A DNA stretch of 64,000 bases from Klebsormidium nitens (lineage: Eukaryota; Plantae; Klebsormidiophyceae), in the NCBI GenBank assembly GCA_000708835.1, contig DF237268.1, forward strand, positions 1 through 64,000, read 5' to 3'. Shown here one piece after another: positions 48,916 to 63,746 of the stretch. The position numbers and the translations under genes are program-made. Below the pieces are notes generated by a model that was not told where the DNA came from, did not search any database, and was given only the letters and a program-made list of their open reading frames with translations. Positions within the stretch are counted from its first letter, which is position 1; each line of letters opens with the position of its first letter.

Positions 48916-51900
48916 CTACACCTTGTCCCCCGGGTCGAGCTCGTCCTCCGTGGTTACGTGCGCCCCGTTGCGCGTGGGCGACGGCGCGCGCGAGGTGCGC
49001 GGCGTGGAGGCGGCGCTGGCGGGGTTGGAAGCGCGGCGGTACTTGGCCTTGACGGGCACGAGCTGCTGCTCCTTGAGCTCCTCCACGCTGGGGATGGCGG
49101 CGTCCAGCGTGAGGCCCTTGGCGAGCGCGGGGTGCGTGTACGCCGCGTCGCTGATGTCGCGCAGGTCCCACGACGGGTACTTCACGCTGTCGATCACGTC
49201 TTTCTCGTTCGCGCTCTGCACAGTAAGCCACGGCACGACTGTCGGCCTCTGCTTCGCCGTTTCGAGCATGCTCCTCTGAAGCGGAGCAGTGTAGATGCCA
49301 CCGAATGTGTTCGATTGGGAGCGTATCACGAGCTGCTCTTGCGAGGATGAACGCCAGGGCGACACTCGGTGTGTCGCTCCCTTCAGTGTGCTGTCAAATT
49401 CGCAAGCCACAGCACGTAGTTACACGATCAAATCTTCCGTTTGCGATTCAGTGTTGCGCTTGGCGTCTGCGGGCGTGATAGGAGCGTTACCTCGAGGGGG
49501 TAGCGCGAGAAGTTGGGCTCGAAGCGGTCGCGCAGCCAGACGCTGTAGACGAGCGTGAGCACCGGCAGCGGCACCGCAAAGGGCGCCACCTTGGAGGCGA
49601 GCTTGAGCGAGAGCACGCCCAGCAGCGTGATCTGCGCCACCAGCAGCGCCACGATCACACGATTAGCCACGAATGGCCACAGCCCCGCGCTGCTCTCGTA
49701 CTGCCGCTCGTACACGTTGATGATCTGGTTCTTGTACACCACGTACCTGCAACCAGCAGCCAACACCACACAGCACGCCGTCAGGAAAGCGGAGCCAGTA
49801 CCGCTGCGGCCAGAGATTTACTCTGCCCCAAGTCAAGGAGCAACAGAAGGCCGAGCACACCTCCCTAACGCAAGTTTGGAGTCGCAAGCTTTACTGCATC
49901 CTCTGGAAATGGTCGCATAAGGACTCTATGATGAGCGATACGGACGCAAGAGTCCATTGATGCCTGCAACTGGTACTCCGTCAGTCCCGTCTTGTCAACT
50001 CGGCGGGGATGCTGGCGGGAGTGGGACGCCAATGCAGCAACTTTGACGACTCTTTCACTGCGATTAGGTGTCCTTGACGAAACAGGCAGCAGGAGATGCC
50101 GGTGCGCGTGCGCGTGCTGACCCGATGACGAGGAAGAGCAGGAGGAAGGGCAGCAGCAGCGGCGCGATGGGCGCGTACACCAGGCCCAGCAGAATGTAGA
50201 ACAGCAGGCTCGGCAGCTGCACGCACCGCACAACGCAACGGCCAGCGTCAGACAACCAGGCAGGCGGCAGCGCCGACCAGAAAGCTCTCCAGAGCCTTCA
50301 GGGGCGGAGGTTGCTTTGGGAGGTCCTAAGAAAGGCACGCCAGGAAAAAGCGGAGAGAATAGGAGACAGGCTTTGCAAGTCTTGCCACGAACTCCCCATT
50401 CCGCAGGTCTCCAGCCAAGCGGACCCGGAGGGACAACCCAAGCTGACGGCCGCAGGCAGCCGATGCCCCGAAGTTCCTGAAGCAGCGGCCGTGCAACGGC
50501 TCACCAGCTCTTCGTAGTGGAGGCGCTGCAGGTTCATGGCATTTTCGCGGTCTTTGTCCGTGACGACGAAGAGCGCAACCCGCAGGTGGTAGAGCAGGAG
50601 GGGGAAGAGGCGCAGCAGCTCTGCAGGGAAGCCGGCCCAGCCGTCGACCATGATGTACGTGATGAAGAAGCTGGACTTGGTGGGGATGGCGTTGCCCAGC
50701 GTCTCCGGCAGCTTGGTCGGCTGCGACACGAAGCTGCGCAGCTGCTCGAACAGGCTGCCCGTCAGGATGCTCCCGAAGAACACGTTCACCTGCACGCGCG
50801 CGCAGGGCAACCTACTTTTCAGGGCGGAGCAATGGGCGCATCGCAGAAAGAGTCACGTAAAAGGGCGGAGCAATTGGCGCATCGCAGAAAGAGTCACGTA
50901 AAAGCTTTCTATCATGGCCGGAGCGCTGTCACAAGGCTCCCTAACGTTACGAGAAAGGAATATCAAATGGGCGCATAAGATGCACATTTTCGACTGGACG
51001 ACCCCAGCGCTGAGAGTCTGTTGCATCCAGTGTCTGCAGGCAACGGTGATTGGGTGCTCTGCCGAATGAGCGGGTCGACAGCGGAGGGTGCAGGCGTGGC
51101 TCACGAGCTGGAAGTAGTAGACCTTGATGGCGGCCTGCCTGACGATGGTGCTGGTCGAGGGGTGGCCCTCGAAGGTGCTCATAGTGCGCAGCAGTAGTGG
51201 CAGCAGCGCCAAAAACAGCTTCAGCACCAGCCCCGGCAAGAACCCGCTCACGAACCCCGCGATCACCGGCCTGCACAACACGCCCACCCGCCGATGTGGT
51301 CAGGCAGGGCAGCGCGACTAGGGGCGTTAAGAACGGGCAATACGGCCACCTTTCACGCGAAGACTTGTGTGTGTGCGACGGATGGCATCATTCGCATCAA
51401 GTACGAAAGGGGCGTTACAAGGCAGCCTACTTTGAAGTGGTACCCGGTTAGCACTACCGATCGTGATGTCACCTCGGCAAGCGGCACAGAAGAAGCGGAT
51501 TCGTTACTCATAGCGGGACGGCGCTATATTTGGTAGCAGACTGCCAGGAAAGGCACAGCTTGGTCGGTATGATATGAAGCACAAGCAGGAAAAACGGGAG
51601 GTGATCAGCTCACACGTCTACGATCTCCTTGACGGGGGTGCCGATATGGCGCAGGCTGTCTAGGTTGGCGAGCGACTGGACCAGCGAGATGGGGACCATG
51701 TAGAAAAAGACCTGCCAGCGCACAGCACGGGGAGCACGCTCAGGGCATGCGGTGTCCGATTCGTTGTTCCTTGTGTCAAAGCGGACGCTCTTGTTGTCAC
51801 TTCAACGGCGGTGCAAAAGAAGACGTTGCCAGAATGCAATCGACCAATCGGAACGAAAGCGTTAGGGTGTGCAAAGGGGCCTCCCCTACTTCAACAACGA

Positions 51901-54900
51901 TCTGGGAAGTCCCGTTTAGACCTCCCCTTGATGTGGCACGTGGGCATGGCCTACCAGGAAGAAGACGGCGGTCCCCACAGCGAGGCGGCGCAGGCCTTGG
52001 TGCCACTTGGACATGCCCAGGTTGGGCCAGTACACGTCGCGCGGCTCTGGCGCCCACGACGTGATCCACAGCTGCGCCACCCGCAAGCACCCGCACACCG
52101 TCAGCGCAAAGGCCGGCTGATGATATGCCGTTGATGTGAAGCAAAAAGGAGTCACTGGGCATGGACTGGCGCACCAATGCTTGACTGTTCAGAAGCAGTG
52201 AGCCGGCTTCAAAAGCCCTTGATGGCCCGAACTCCAACTTTACTAACGCTAGCATCTCGTTACAAAAGTGGTCTTTTTTATCGGCTTACATGTTGCCATT
52301 TTATACATGCTGACATATGTATGTTGCCGTCATTCTGACCTGGGGGTTCTTCGAAACCTGCGTTTGCGCCGCCACGGCTGCCCCCCAGCGGTTGCGGAAC
52401 GTGACGAAGGCGGCATTGACAACGCGCTTCTGGCTGCTTTGAATGATGCCGGACTCCGTGGCCGCCTCCTCCCGCAGCTGCGACAGTTCCCTGGAGGACA
52501 CAATTGGCCTAAAATCAGGAGACCCAGGACGGCTGGTGATGGGAGGGTGATTGAGACAACTTACTTCTTATGCTTTTCGAGCCCAGATAATCCACCTTGG
52601 GGATTGCTCTTGATCAAGGAGAACGTGAGGGGGGCTTTAGGAAAACTTCGGATGCGGAGGTGGTCAATATTGGAGTTGGAATTCTCCCAGACCAACACTC
52701 AAACAGCTATGATCCTTCAATGCAATCGCACTCTAAATTAGCCAGTAGTCCGTCCATTTGCTGGGCACGTTTCGAAGCCGGCGCCTCACTTTTCGTAGAA
52801 GTCGATGGAGTCGACTTTGGGCCCCCGCAGCCCCAGGAAGCCCGTCCGGTGCATGGGTCGCCCCTTGCGCGGCTTGCGCTCCATCTTGATGCGCAGCGCG
52901 TCCACCTTGTTGGCTGCAACCGCACCACACGCCGCAGTTAGCCTTCCAGCATCGTGCCAAGCAGGGGCTGACTTTCGCGGGTTTGCTCTGCACTCTGATT
53001 CGACTACTAAGCCTTGCGGCTCCGCTCCTGTTGCGTGCAAAACGAGAGGAGGTGTTTGCAGTCTCTTCGAATTGATCAACAGCACTCTACCTTGTGCAGC
53101 AACGAGGTTGTAAAAGGAGCTGCTTTTGGGAGTATGCAAGTGGAGCACGGGGCCGCAGCCCACCTGTTTTGTCTCTCTTGTTGACGAGCGCCCAGAGCGG
53201 GTTGGCATTGATGACGACGTTGTGCGCGAAGTAGATGTCCGGGTACTGCACCCGGAAGTAGCGCGCCACGCGCTGGCTCATCGTCTCTGACGACTGTGCG
53301 TCCACCTTCGGGATCTGAAAGCGCCAAGGAATGTGAAGGGGCCTTGTTCAGAGCCCTTGACCTTGAAAGCAGGGATTGAGCCGCCTCGTGTCGCTGCTGA
53401 AGCAACAGAAGCATTGCATACAGCAAGCTCCCCTTTTCAAACTCAACTCGCAATTCTTGAACCCAACCTACCGAGTTGGCCAAGCAAGATCGAGCACTAT
53501 GTGACCATACCAATTGTACACTTCTTCGAGTTGCAACAAGCCCGTGTTTGGGCAGTCCATGCAACACGTGCGCACCTCGGTGGTGAGGACAGTGAACTGG
53601 TCGGGCTGGGGCTGCAGGTCCGCCATGTAGCCCAGGCGCAGCCGTGTGATGTACTCGTACTCCTGCAGTGGGGGGCGCGCAAGCACAGGTTGAAACCAGG
53701 GGAGAGGCGCCCACAATCTGCTCGATAGCAAGAATGCAGAACAGAAACCGATCCCAAATCGAGAGGGATGCGCAACCGAGTAGCAGAAGCAAGAAATCGC
53801 AGGCGGTCAAGCCAGCAGTGTGGAAGCCAGCTTGAAGCGACCGGGGTCAGGCCAGGCAAGGGGCTTACTTTCCAGAGGCAGTAGTACGCCCAAAAGGCAA
53901 ACATGTAGGCGGAAAGGAGGTGCGCCCACATCCTGCGGCACAGAAGCAGAGCTTTGGTTGAGAAATCGGACTTTGATTGCTGTCGTCGCAGAAGGAATCA
54001 GAGGTCAAGGAAGTAGCACGAAAACAACAACGAGACCTCTCTTTTGAGACCTCTCTTTCGTGAAGAACATGCCCCAGGCCCTCACCGGCTCACCTATCGG
54101 ACCTGTCCTGCACGTTGGACAGGCTCAGCTGATCCACTGCGCTAAAGCTGGACTTGGGGTTGACCGCATGCTGCTGCCTGTGTAAACGGTGAGCACCCGA
54201 TTCATCGCACCATTTGTGCAAAGCAATTTGTGCTGCAGTAGAGCAGGAATTTCACAACGGGGGCTGGCACGAGGAGTGGGGGGCAGGGGCAAGGAGACAC
54301 AAAGCAGAAGGGTAAGTGGGGCAAGTATGCGCCAAGCATGTCACAGCAGCATGCCGTAAGAGAGCCAGCCTGGTCTCACTGGACGTTGTTATCCGTCTTG
54401 TTGATGGGGATGAGTACGATAGCACCCCACAGAGCCATGGGGAACAGCATCTTCATGCTGGCCACACAAACAGCAAGAGACGCAGGGTCAGGCTTCGAGT
54501 CCTGTATATCTTTTTTCAACTGTACAGTTTTATCAAGTGGAGGTCGCCCTCAGCTGATGCAACTCGTTCTAAGTGGCGGCCCTAGATTGCGATGAGCCGA
54601 CTGACTTTGTGTACCCTCATGTACTCTCTGGTCTGACTAAGTGCGATGGGAGGAATGCTTACTGAAAGTGGGCTGGTTTTGAAATATGATATGCAGAGTC
54701 AAGAGGGGTGCAACAAACAAGGACACCAGACTGTGCCATCAATGGTCCAATGCACTACTTTTTCCACAATCATACATGTATAATCACCTGAAAAAGAAGA
54801 CGCGCAGCACCACCACCTGGGCAACAAGAACAAACTAAAAGTCAGTTGAGGCTGCCAAGATCATGGAAGCAGCAAAATCATTTGACGGCAGGCAATCTTT

Positions 54901-55379
54901 TGATCAACAATGCCTGACAAGAAGCATGAGTCCCAGAGTGCCCCTCACCGCGTCGAGGCCGGCTGTAGCAATGAGCTCCTCCTCGGGCATCTTGAGTGCC
55001 CCGTGCAGCCAGTCCAGCAGCCGCAGGTTCAGCATGAAGCGCTCCAGGCCCGTCTTGCCCGTCTCCTTGAACTTGCTGGGGTCGCGCTGCACGCAAGGGA
55101 GACACCACTCTCACAATGCAGACAGGAGAAGCATCCCTGCACAAAATGGACCGCCAGTCCGATGCCCACCTGGGGGCACCCTGCAATATTTGCAGAGCTG
55201 ACAGCATTCCGTGTAGCAGCTAGTGTGAAGCATACTGCCCTCACCTGGAGGAGTGCGGGGAAGTAGACGCGCGTGTTGATGGGCATCTTGATGGCCACGC
55301 TGTAGGCCGCAATGAAGATGGTGGCCAGCCCCAGGTTGATGCCCGCAGCCACGCCCAGGTTCTCCAGGTCGCTGCCCAT
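48916..55379 (-). CDS. OSCA/CSC1/ERD4 (DUF221) mechanosensitive calcium-permeable channel, multi-exon
   Basis: LGVAAGINLG...NTRVYFP, EEELIATAGLDA, RLGYMADLQPQPDQFTVL, GFLGLRGPKVDSIDFY, AAFVTFRNRWGAAVAAQTQ, WAPEPRDVYWPNL, KSSFFITYIMVDGWAG, VYKNQIINVYERQYES. Confidence 0.96.
50821..50902. repeat. 41-bp tandem duplication in an OSCA intron
   Basis: AGGGCGGAGCAAT(G/T)GGCGCATCGCAGAAAGAGTCACGTAAA occurs twice with one mismatch. Confidence 0.9.
51429..51451. repeat. Solo fragment of the 22346 MITE terminal repeat inside an OSCA intron
   Basis: ACTTTGAAGTGGTACCCGGTTAG versus ACTTTGAAGTGGCACCCGGTTAG (22351-22373), 22/23 identical. Confidence 0.7.
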
Positions 55380-56338
55380 GGTGCACGCCAAGCACAGCAA
55401 ACGGGCAACGAAAATGGTGTGGCAGACTCTACTTTTCAGTCTACAAGGTTCTACAAGTCGCTGAGCTTACAAGCTACAGAAGCATCGCATCCCTCAAACT
55501 CAATTTTTGCAGCAACAAGCAACCCCACAGCTGATGCGCCACAGATATGTGTTAATGCCAAGACGGTCTGCTTGTACATCAATCACTCTCAACTACCTAT
55601 AAAACTTCCACGCTTTCCCCTGAGGACCTCTACTCCTAAAGGTTCAGACTATCTACACAGGGTACCAGACAAAACCGATTGGAATGCAGCCTCCGCCTGC
55701 CAAGCCATCCCAACGCCATAATGCCATCAGCCGCCAAGGCTGCACACGGGTGTTGGAACAATGTCTTTTACCTTATACTGTATACTGGCATGGGGCATTG
55801 CAATGAGGTTCCAAAGCCTAGGGCAAAGGCGCTCCCCCTAGCTGTAGCCGCTCGATCATGCAGCAGTTACAGTAGGTAGCTGGCAAACCCCCCATGATGA
55901 TGTACCCCCATGTACCCCCATGATGATGTATGTGACAGATTGGTGCCAGTTGTCGTTGCCTGGGAGTCGGCATCGGAGGAAAATTCAGATTCTCAGAATC
56001 CAAAATGGTCTACACGTGGAGCTTGGGATCCTTTTCATCCACACATTTTGACCTTGAAATCCGGAATGGTTGACATGTCAGCACCGGGGCACACGCAAAT
56101 TCGGCGCGCCCCCTGCCTAACAGTACAGGCCTCTGCCAATGCCATACTTGAACCGGCCGGTGGCTGCTTGCATCAGATTCAAATTGGCTTGCAAGAGAGG
56201 AGACGGCCCGGAGTCCGGACTCTAGTCCTAGACACACTGACAGCTAGGACTCGTCGGAGGACAGGACATTGGCAGGAGATACTGTGTTTCTCCGCAAGCT
56301 GCTAGTGCTGGGTCCCCTCGCTGCACAAGGACTCCACA

Positions 56339-59300
56339 ATGGCCTTGACAGCTTGCTGCCGTGTGGGAAGCATTTTCAAGCTGCCACTGGATATTGCCGC
56401 CAAGCAGTCGTGTTCGCAAAGACACTTCAAGACTTGCTCCGGTCCTATAAGCAGCCTAAGATTAGGCAGCATTGCATACCACCAAGGCCCCGCGGCACAG
56501 TTCTTGCTGAGGCAAGTGCAGACTCCCGCGCACCATGTTGGTCACCATAATGTAGACAGTACTGGGCACACGACAAGAGCGGCAGAGCCCGCAGTCGCGA
56601 ATGGAAAGCCAGCTCACACAAAGTCCTTTCAAAATGTCAAAACGGAAGAAGGTGAGGCGGTTCTTTGTTGTGCAGATCAGCACCTTGGCTGAAGGAACTC
56701 TGCCGATATTGGCCTTGGAGATGTCTAGTCCCTTGACAAGCAGGAACGTTGCTATGCCGACGACAACATCGCACATTGTGAAGGTTCAAGAAAGTCGCAA
56801 TATGTCGTAGCTACGTAAGCAGTGAGAGCTCCTGTGAGCATCCGGCGATGGAAGACACTTCGAATGTCGATCACTGACTTTGTAGAGATTGATCTGCCGT
56901 CCTGGTCAAAGCGTTGTTTTCCTTCCAGAGTTGTTGGCTGGCATCCAAGCCGAGATTGCTGCCAAGCGGTTGCCCTCGCGGGCGGGCCCAGGAATGCAGC
57001 TGTTCTACAACAATTACAAGAAAGCGGTGAGGGGCAGGCTTGAGTGGGGTGGAGTCGAAGCACAGCCCACATTGCACAAGACGCGTCCCCCTTGACAACA
57101 TACACCCTTAGCCAGTGCAACAGGGACCATCTTGCAATGTGGTGCTTTTCGAGGGCTTGGGGTGGCCGTCGCCACCCCTTGGCAGCGAACATGCGAGCTC
57201 CGCTGTTCTGACACACCTGTCCTGCGTGCGCAGATGCTTAGCAGCGGGCGGCCGGATGCAGAAGAGACTGCAGTGCGTGTTATGTCTATGGTGTTTGACC
57301 GGATCATGGTCCAGTTCGAGGTGAGCCACAGTTCAACGGGGGCTTCGCACCTCAGCTGACTCGTTACAGCCGGGGATACCTTGCAACAGTGTAATTCCGC
57401 TCGAAGGCGGTCCTTGAACATGAATGTTCTTGTAGGACGCTGGCAGCATGCTGAAGCGCAGTACATCAGTGAACCTGGTCGGAAGCTTCTTCCAATCCTG
57501 CGCAAATACCATTGCTGCAGGACCCATTCACATTCAATTCGCACCACCTTGCCATCAGAGAACCGTACGATTACTACCGCTTTGGCCAGGAGTATGTGGG
57601 GCCTCTCCTCAACTTCAGGTGGGTGGGTGTCACTGACCTAACATTCAGATCACTCAGATCCTCCAGCATCTCGGCATCTCCGCTGATGCTTCCGCCACCC
57701 AATCTCGGTTTGTGTGAGGCAGAAACCATGTGAACTGAGATGAAGGAGACGGCACGTACTCTTGACACATGTTCGGAGCTTTCAGTGACTCACGAACTCT
57801 TGACAAGCACCGTCTCCCTCAGCGCGACTGCACTGTTCTCCCCAGTCAAGTGTGTCAAAAGGAGTGGTACTTGCTGGGGGCCTTTGCTATTGTAAATTCG
57901 CCCAACTTGCAACTCTGTTGTGCAGTGAGTCGTACTTGGGCAACCTGCACCTGTTTGATGCGATGGAGGAACAGCTACGAGCGGGCCACAACGTGGTGCT
58001 GCTGTCCAACCACCAGACGGAGGCAGACCCCGCCGTCATCGCACTGCTGCTGGAGCACTCCCACCCCTTCCTGGCTGAGAACCTGGTGAGGCGACCCCGT
58101 CCGGTGGCACCACTTGGCTAGAACTCCGACACCATGCACCTGGCATGGGGTTTCCGAAGATCATATTCTAGCCGAGGGGCCCTCGTCTGTGCACGAACTA
58201 GGAAGTCGACCGGCGCTTGTTTAAAGCTAACTGTGCTGCGACGTTCGAAGTCGCTTTCAGAGCGGCAGCCTGCTCTTGCGTGTGCGCTTTCCAAGCCCTT
58301 GGACCTTCCTGGTGGGGCATATGACAAGTTTTCCAATCGGGTTTCATTTAGCAGGGACCCTTGTTCCACGTGCGGCTCCATTCTTCGACCGCGCGTGCTG
58401 TATTTGTTGCCTTAACTTGGGTCGAATGACAGCGCTCCTCAACGACGAATCAAGCACACCCGGAGCCACCTTTTGCAGACGTACGTTGCTGGTGACCGCG
58501 TGGTACACGACCCTTTCGCCAAGCCCTTCAGCATGGGCAGGTACGACTCCTGCGCCACTCTACGAGCCAATTGTCAGCGCTCGACTCCAAGTTTCGGCAG
58601 GCTAGGATACATTGAACGGGGCACCCACTCTTCCAATCGGCATACGCTTTTGTTAAGTCGTCTTACCGTACTTGTCACATCAGCCACGAGGACTCCTTTC
58701 GATTGCACGAAGTCTCCAATATCGTTGAGTATTTCCCGCTAGGCTGCATTGAGTGGGATGCGTGCTCTGATGCGTCGCGTGGTGTCGGCAGGAACCTGCT
58801 GTGCGTGTACTCCAAGAAGCACATCAACGACGTCCCCGAGCTGGCCGCCGAGAAGACCAAGGCCAACCGGCGCACCCTCGTTGAGATGGCCCGCCTCTTC
58901 AAGTGAGCGCCCGGCCGGCCTCGTCGCACTCGTCTCTGCGTTCGTTCTGACAGCAGATTGCTGCCTCGAAGAGCATCGACATAGTGACACTGGAAGGTTC
59001 GTGCAGAAAGAAGGGACGAAGCATGCGATGAAGCTTAAAGTGTGCCTGTTGCTTGCAGGGCGGGGGGACAATTCATTTGGATCGCTCCCAGTGGGGGCCG
59101 GGATCGACCAGACCCCGCCACAGGACAGTGGGTGCCGGTAAGCGCAGCGGACCTTACATTGGGGGGAAGTTTGCCGGTATACAGGCGACCCGGCACGATC
59201 TGCACATCATGTCTGAGAATCTTCCACGGAAATATTTAGCTGAGCTATTTCGGCCAAAATGGAATAGGTGCCTTAAGTTCTTTTTGAGTCCTTTGATTCA

Positions 59301-60215
59301 GCACGTGGATTGAATGTATGTATGTGCAGGCCGCGTTTGACGACTCTTCGGTAGAGTTGATGCGGCGATTGTCCGACGACAGCCCCGTGCCCGGGCACCT
59401 GTACCCGCTCGCCGTCCTGTGCCACGACATCATGCCGCCACCGCCCACGGTACGCGCCAGCCGCAACAAGGTCTTGTTGTACAAGGCATCAACGAGAACT
59501 GTGGACACTGGCGCATCAAGCTCGTCGTCATTGGGTGACTTTTCATTGCGTACCCGTGGTGACTCTGCAATGATCCATGCTCTGGATGTGCACGATGGGG
59601 ACGTCCTGCATTCTCGCGGCTGATGCGACCGTCGTGTGCGTGCTCGCGTGCAGCTGGACAAGGCGCTGGGCGAGCAGCGGATCACCAACTACCATGGGGT
59701 GGGCATGTCCGTGGGGCCGCAACTGCATTTCGAGGAGGTCTGTCAAGGGATCGAGGATAGAAAACAGGTGAGCCCTCAATCTTTTCCCTCTTGACTTTGA
59801 GGCCGTTACGTAACCCCGAGTGTGGCTCAAGATGTGGGCTCGGGACGTCTCGATCTCAGCATTTTCCTTCCAAGGGCATCTTTTTTCCCCACCAGAACCC
59901 GGCCGTATTCTCCTCAGGAGCCAGCCTTGTGGAAGTGAGAAAACAAGCGGCACGCCACGGCAGGCAGCCAGTCGTGCAGGCGTGTGCCAGCTGGCCTAGC
60001 TGCGTGGGGGCCGTGGGGCAGCTGGCCTGATGCCGCACTCGTGCTGGATGCAGGCCCGTGCCGTCTACTCTGCCGCAGCGTTTGCCGCAGTGGAGGAGCA
60101 GTACAAGGTCCTCGAGGCGGCCGTGCACGGCAGCAAGGGCACCGCCTCGTCCACCGCGGCAGTGCGGCTGGAGCAACCCTGGAAAGTGGAAAAGGACGCG
60201 GCCCTGGTCTCATGA
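56339..60215 (+). CDS. ATS1: Plastid glycerol-3-phosphate acyltransferase (soluble GPAT), multi-exon
   Basis: Transit peptide; [25 protein letters not shown]...FYNNYKKAV; HX4D motif in [12 protein letters not shown]; [18 protein letters not shown]; [10 protein letters not shown]; [13 protein letters not shown]; DIMPPP. Confidence 0.96.
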
Positions 60216-62053
60216 CGATTTCGGGCCACATGTAGGCGCAGGTGGCAGGCTGACGTAGTGACGCGCGCACAACCAGGTTTCACGTAGCATCAGGGTCAAG
60301 CGCTTGGCCACGGTACGAAAGCACAGACTGACGACACGTCACCCCTGCAATCTTGCAAGAAGCTTCGGAACTCTGGTCGAAGCTGCTTGAGGCTGATGCC
60401 TCAAGACAATCCTTTGGTTACCTTCGGAAAGCAGTCGGGCTGGGCTGGGTCGGGGCCGCCCTTGCCTGGCACGTTATATGCACTATTGAGATATGCACAA
60501 TTCGTGACGCATCACTGATAGGTCGAAACGATCGAGGATCAGATCTGGACAATCCGCTTGTTAATGCGCAGGTGGTAAGCCTGAAGTGAGTCTAATCAAC
60601 CAAAAGTGATCATTGAATTTTGAGAGTTGCCAGTCATTCAGATCTGGTTTGAAACCATTCTTTGGTACTGTGGGTCAGTGCAAGGTGAGCTAGCTAAAGA
60701 CTTCCGCTAAAATGCCATCACGTGAGTCAGTGCATGGCAAAAAAGTTCCCCCTGCTCTCAGTCCAACCGTCAACGATTCAATTCGGCATGTATCATGTGT
60801 GGCCACACCGGACCTAGTTCAAGACCTACATTGCAACTCAGTGACAAACTTTTGTATTATATCTCGCTAAGCGGCTGTCAACTGCTCACAGTGCCGGGCC
60901 AGGCCATTTTAAAGCATCATATATGGCCTGCGGATCGTCTTGACGCATCATTGGCCGCGTGCAATGTCGTTGTATGGCAGACGCAATGTACACTGACCAT
61001 TGTAGTACGTGATGGTCACTAGCCGGATGGACGTGCCTCAGTGATCATAGATGTACACAGAGCTGCCCCGTCCCCGGGCCCATGCATGCGCCCTCGTTGC
61101 CCATGCCTGGCCGGATGATCCATATGTGGAAACGGAAATATGCAGAGCTAGGCCCGCGTGCCAGCAGGTGACCCATAGGTAGCGGCCAGAATTGGGTTGA
61201 AGTATACTAACGCGTTGGCGCTGGCCGCCGGCTCGACATAATCAAAAGTGAGTAGCTCAATTCATGATGCGCAACGTACCATGCATGGAAAGAGCGTACA
61301 TTGTTATTGAATTACATACCCGGCGGGCGCGGCCAGCGCGCGCGCCGCGGTCGACGGCATGTGAACCGTATGCATGCGGCATGCCATGAGCCTGCCGCAT
61401 GTGCTCATGATAATCCGACAGCTATATAGAATTGAGACTGTATGGCAATTCAATTGACTACATTTATTCCGCCGGTACCTCCTGCCCACTAGACAGCCTG
61501 AATTTCGTCAAGGTTTAAAAACTCCATGTATACGCAAAAGCAAGCTCTAAACAGTCTACAATTTAGACCGTCCTGACCGGGTATATAGGATGCAAAACAA
61601 CATATTCCAAGCATGTGAGATCGACCTGCATTTGATTATGCATGAAATGGCGCACCCACGTTGGGCAGCAAGGTCGGAACCGGTGATTGAACAGCTTTCA
61701 AGTTCCATCATGACCTTGTCAAGTAGTTTCTTTGATTCAGCAATGACTGTATCTGCCTCGAACAACATAGACTGGTAACTAGCAAAGAAAGCAACATGTT
61801 TGCTTGTGCCCGAGTTAATCTGGTTCAACTATGTCCACCTTGCTTCGTTGGTACTATACCAGTCCTACACTATGATTGTGATCAGGTACAACGGTCGGTT
61901 AACTGGTCGCATGCCCGCATGCACAACTTAAGAGAGCAATCTCTAAGCATGGAACTGATGTCATTTGAGCAATCTCTCTTGCTATTCAGTGACCACTCCT
62001 TGATGTGTTCCAGAATCTGCGTAAACTTATCCCGATTGTCTGTACTAATGGGC

Positions 62054-63746
62054 TCACTCGAAAACAACATCCGACCGCAGCACGTACTTGACTCCTTGCT
62101 TGACCTCCCTGGCCTCATGCAAAAGGCATCTGTCCCCATGGACATGCAGCAAAGCAAGGCCAGTTTCTGGGGCCACCTGCAAACATTTGTTAAAACAAGC
62201 TAGATGATCCTCGCAATTCGACCCTGCTAGGAGGAAACGGAATGGCCTAAGCCTTTCTGTCCTGAGAATACGTAGTCATGTTGAGGCATCGAGTCTCCAA
62301 AGCAGCATTCTCAAGGTAATTCGTTCCTTTTTGTATTAAGCCTTGTGCACGACATGTCAAAGTCGACCATCTTGCTCCAAAGGACGTACCTTGGCCACTT
62401 GTACTCCTCTTCGTCCATAGAAGACTGTCTCTCCTCCTTTTAGTGCTTCCTTCTCTGGGGCCGTCGTCCTCCCTCCCGAAAGATAGACAAGTAGTGTATA
62501 CCCAGTATAGAGGCCACGATCGACTCGAACACTCTCGTCTACGTGCTTGCCGAATTTTTGCCCCTTCTCATACTTGTATATGCGCACTGCAACACCACAA
62601 TTGATGACCAGGGTCCATGTGTAGGCATGTTCTAGAACTGTATCGTCCCTTCACACAAGCACGATGTAATCACAACCGTCACAATGGTCATCTAGACGAA
62701 TCAGACTCTGGTGCAAGCTTTACTGAGACATGATATGAAGCAGAAGAACTTTGAGAGCAATCAATCCGAATGTGCTTACCGTTAGGATTGAATTTGCTGG
62801 GCCATTTGCCTTCTATCTGCAGTGATGGCGCTGTGCATTGTGAGACTTCGTAGCCAGTGTCCCTGTCATGATGACCTGGCCAAGGAGATGTCAATCTCGT
62901 TGTGTCTTCGACAGGTGTACGTGAGTTGAAAAAACAAGCTTTTAGTAGCAAGACAAGTGCGCCAGCACGCTGAGTCGAAATGGTACTCACCTGTAGTAGT
63001 TTGACAAGCAAAGAGCCTAAACCGCTGTCCCAGATGCTCTGCGCTAAGTCTGCATCCTCCACAGCAAGCCTTCCGTTGTCTCTGTAAGCCTGTACGCACA
63101 ACCAGCTGCATAAAAGCCCTGCAGTGCCTTTTATTTGCTTATTTACGAGTTAAAGGGCGGCTACCAACCTTCCAACAGCAACATGCATTCAAGTACCTAC
63201 AATGAGAGAAATTTCTCTTCAACTTTGACCCCAGAGTAAACAACAAACGGTGCCAAAAGGAAACTTACTGCCACCAGTACTGAGTGTCACGTTGGTAACT
63301 GGGCTCTCGACGCCTGGCTTTGGCCTTGGGCTGGGCTTCTGTGTAAGCGGCGCCAAGAGAATGAAGCACAGTGGATGCCGGAAGCTTTCAAGGTTGGTAA
63401 GACAAAATAAATATAGGAAAAAGGTGGTGGGACAACCAGTGCAGTTGCCACCACTAGTGACCATCACCTCTCCAAACTTTGGACCCCGGCTGCCTTGATG
63501 CTGGAAGCGTCTAGTTTCAGCTGCCTCCACAAACCTGTGGCACTCCGCTTCTGAGAAGACTCCTTGAACAGTGAAGAGATCCAATTTATCACCACCGCCT
63601 AGCACCGTCAATTGCGACCCCAAGCTAGCTTTCTTCGCAATGCTTGGCCATTCCACATCACCGGTGCCACCTTGAAGAAGTTCCGTACGTGACCGATCTT
63701 CAGGTTTCCTTTGGAAGGCAGCTTTGCTGCCTACTCCGAGTTCCAT
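62054..63746 (-). CDS. 2-oxoglutarate/Fe(II)-dependent oxygenase (prolyl-4-hydroxylase-like fold), multi-exon
   Basis: VFSEAECHRFVEAAE, RDNGR, RIYKYEKGQKFGKHVD (HxD), TLLVYL, GGETVFY, and GDRCLLHEAREVKQGVKYVLRSDVVF-stop (distal His and 2OG-binding residues). The start codon is tentative. Confidence 0.9.

Noticed and set aside
61300-61490. Possible third copy of the KGKN ORF family
   Set aside because: Only Ala-rich, GC-rich resemblance; the diagnostic motifs could not be aligned.
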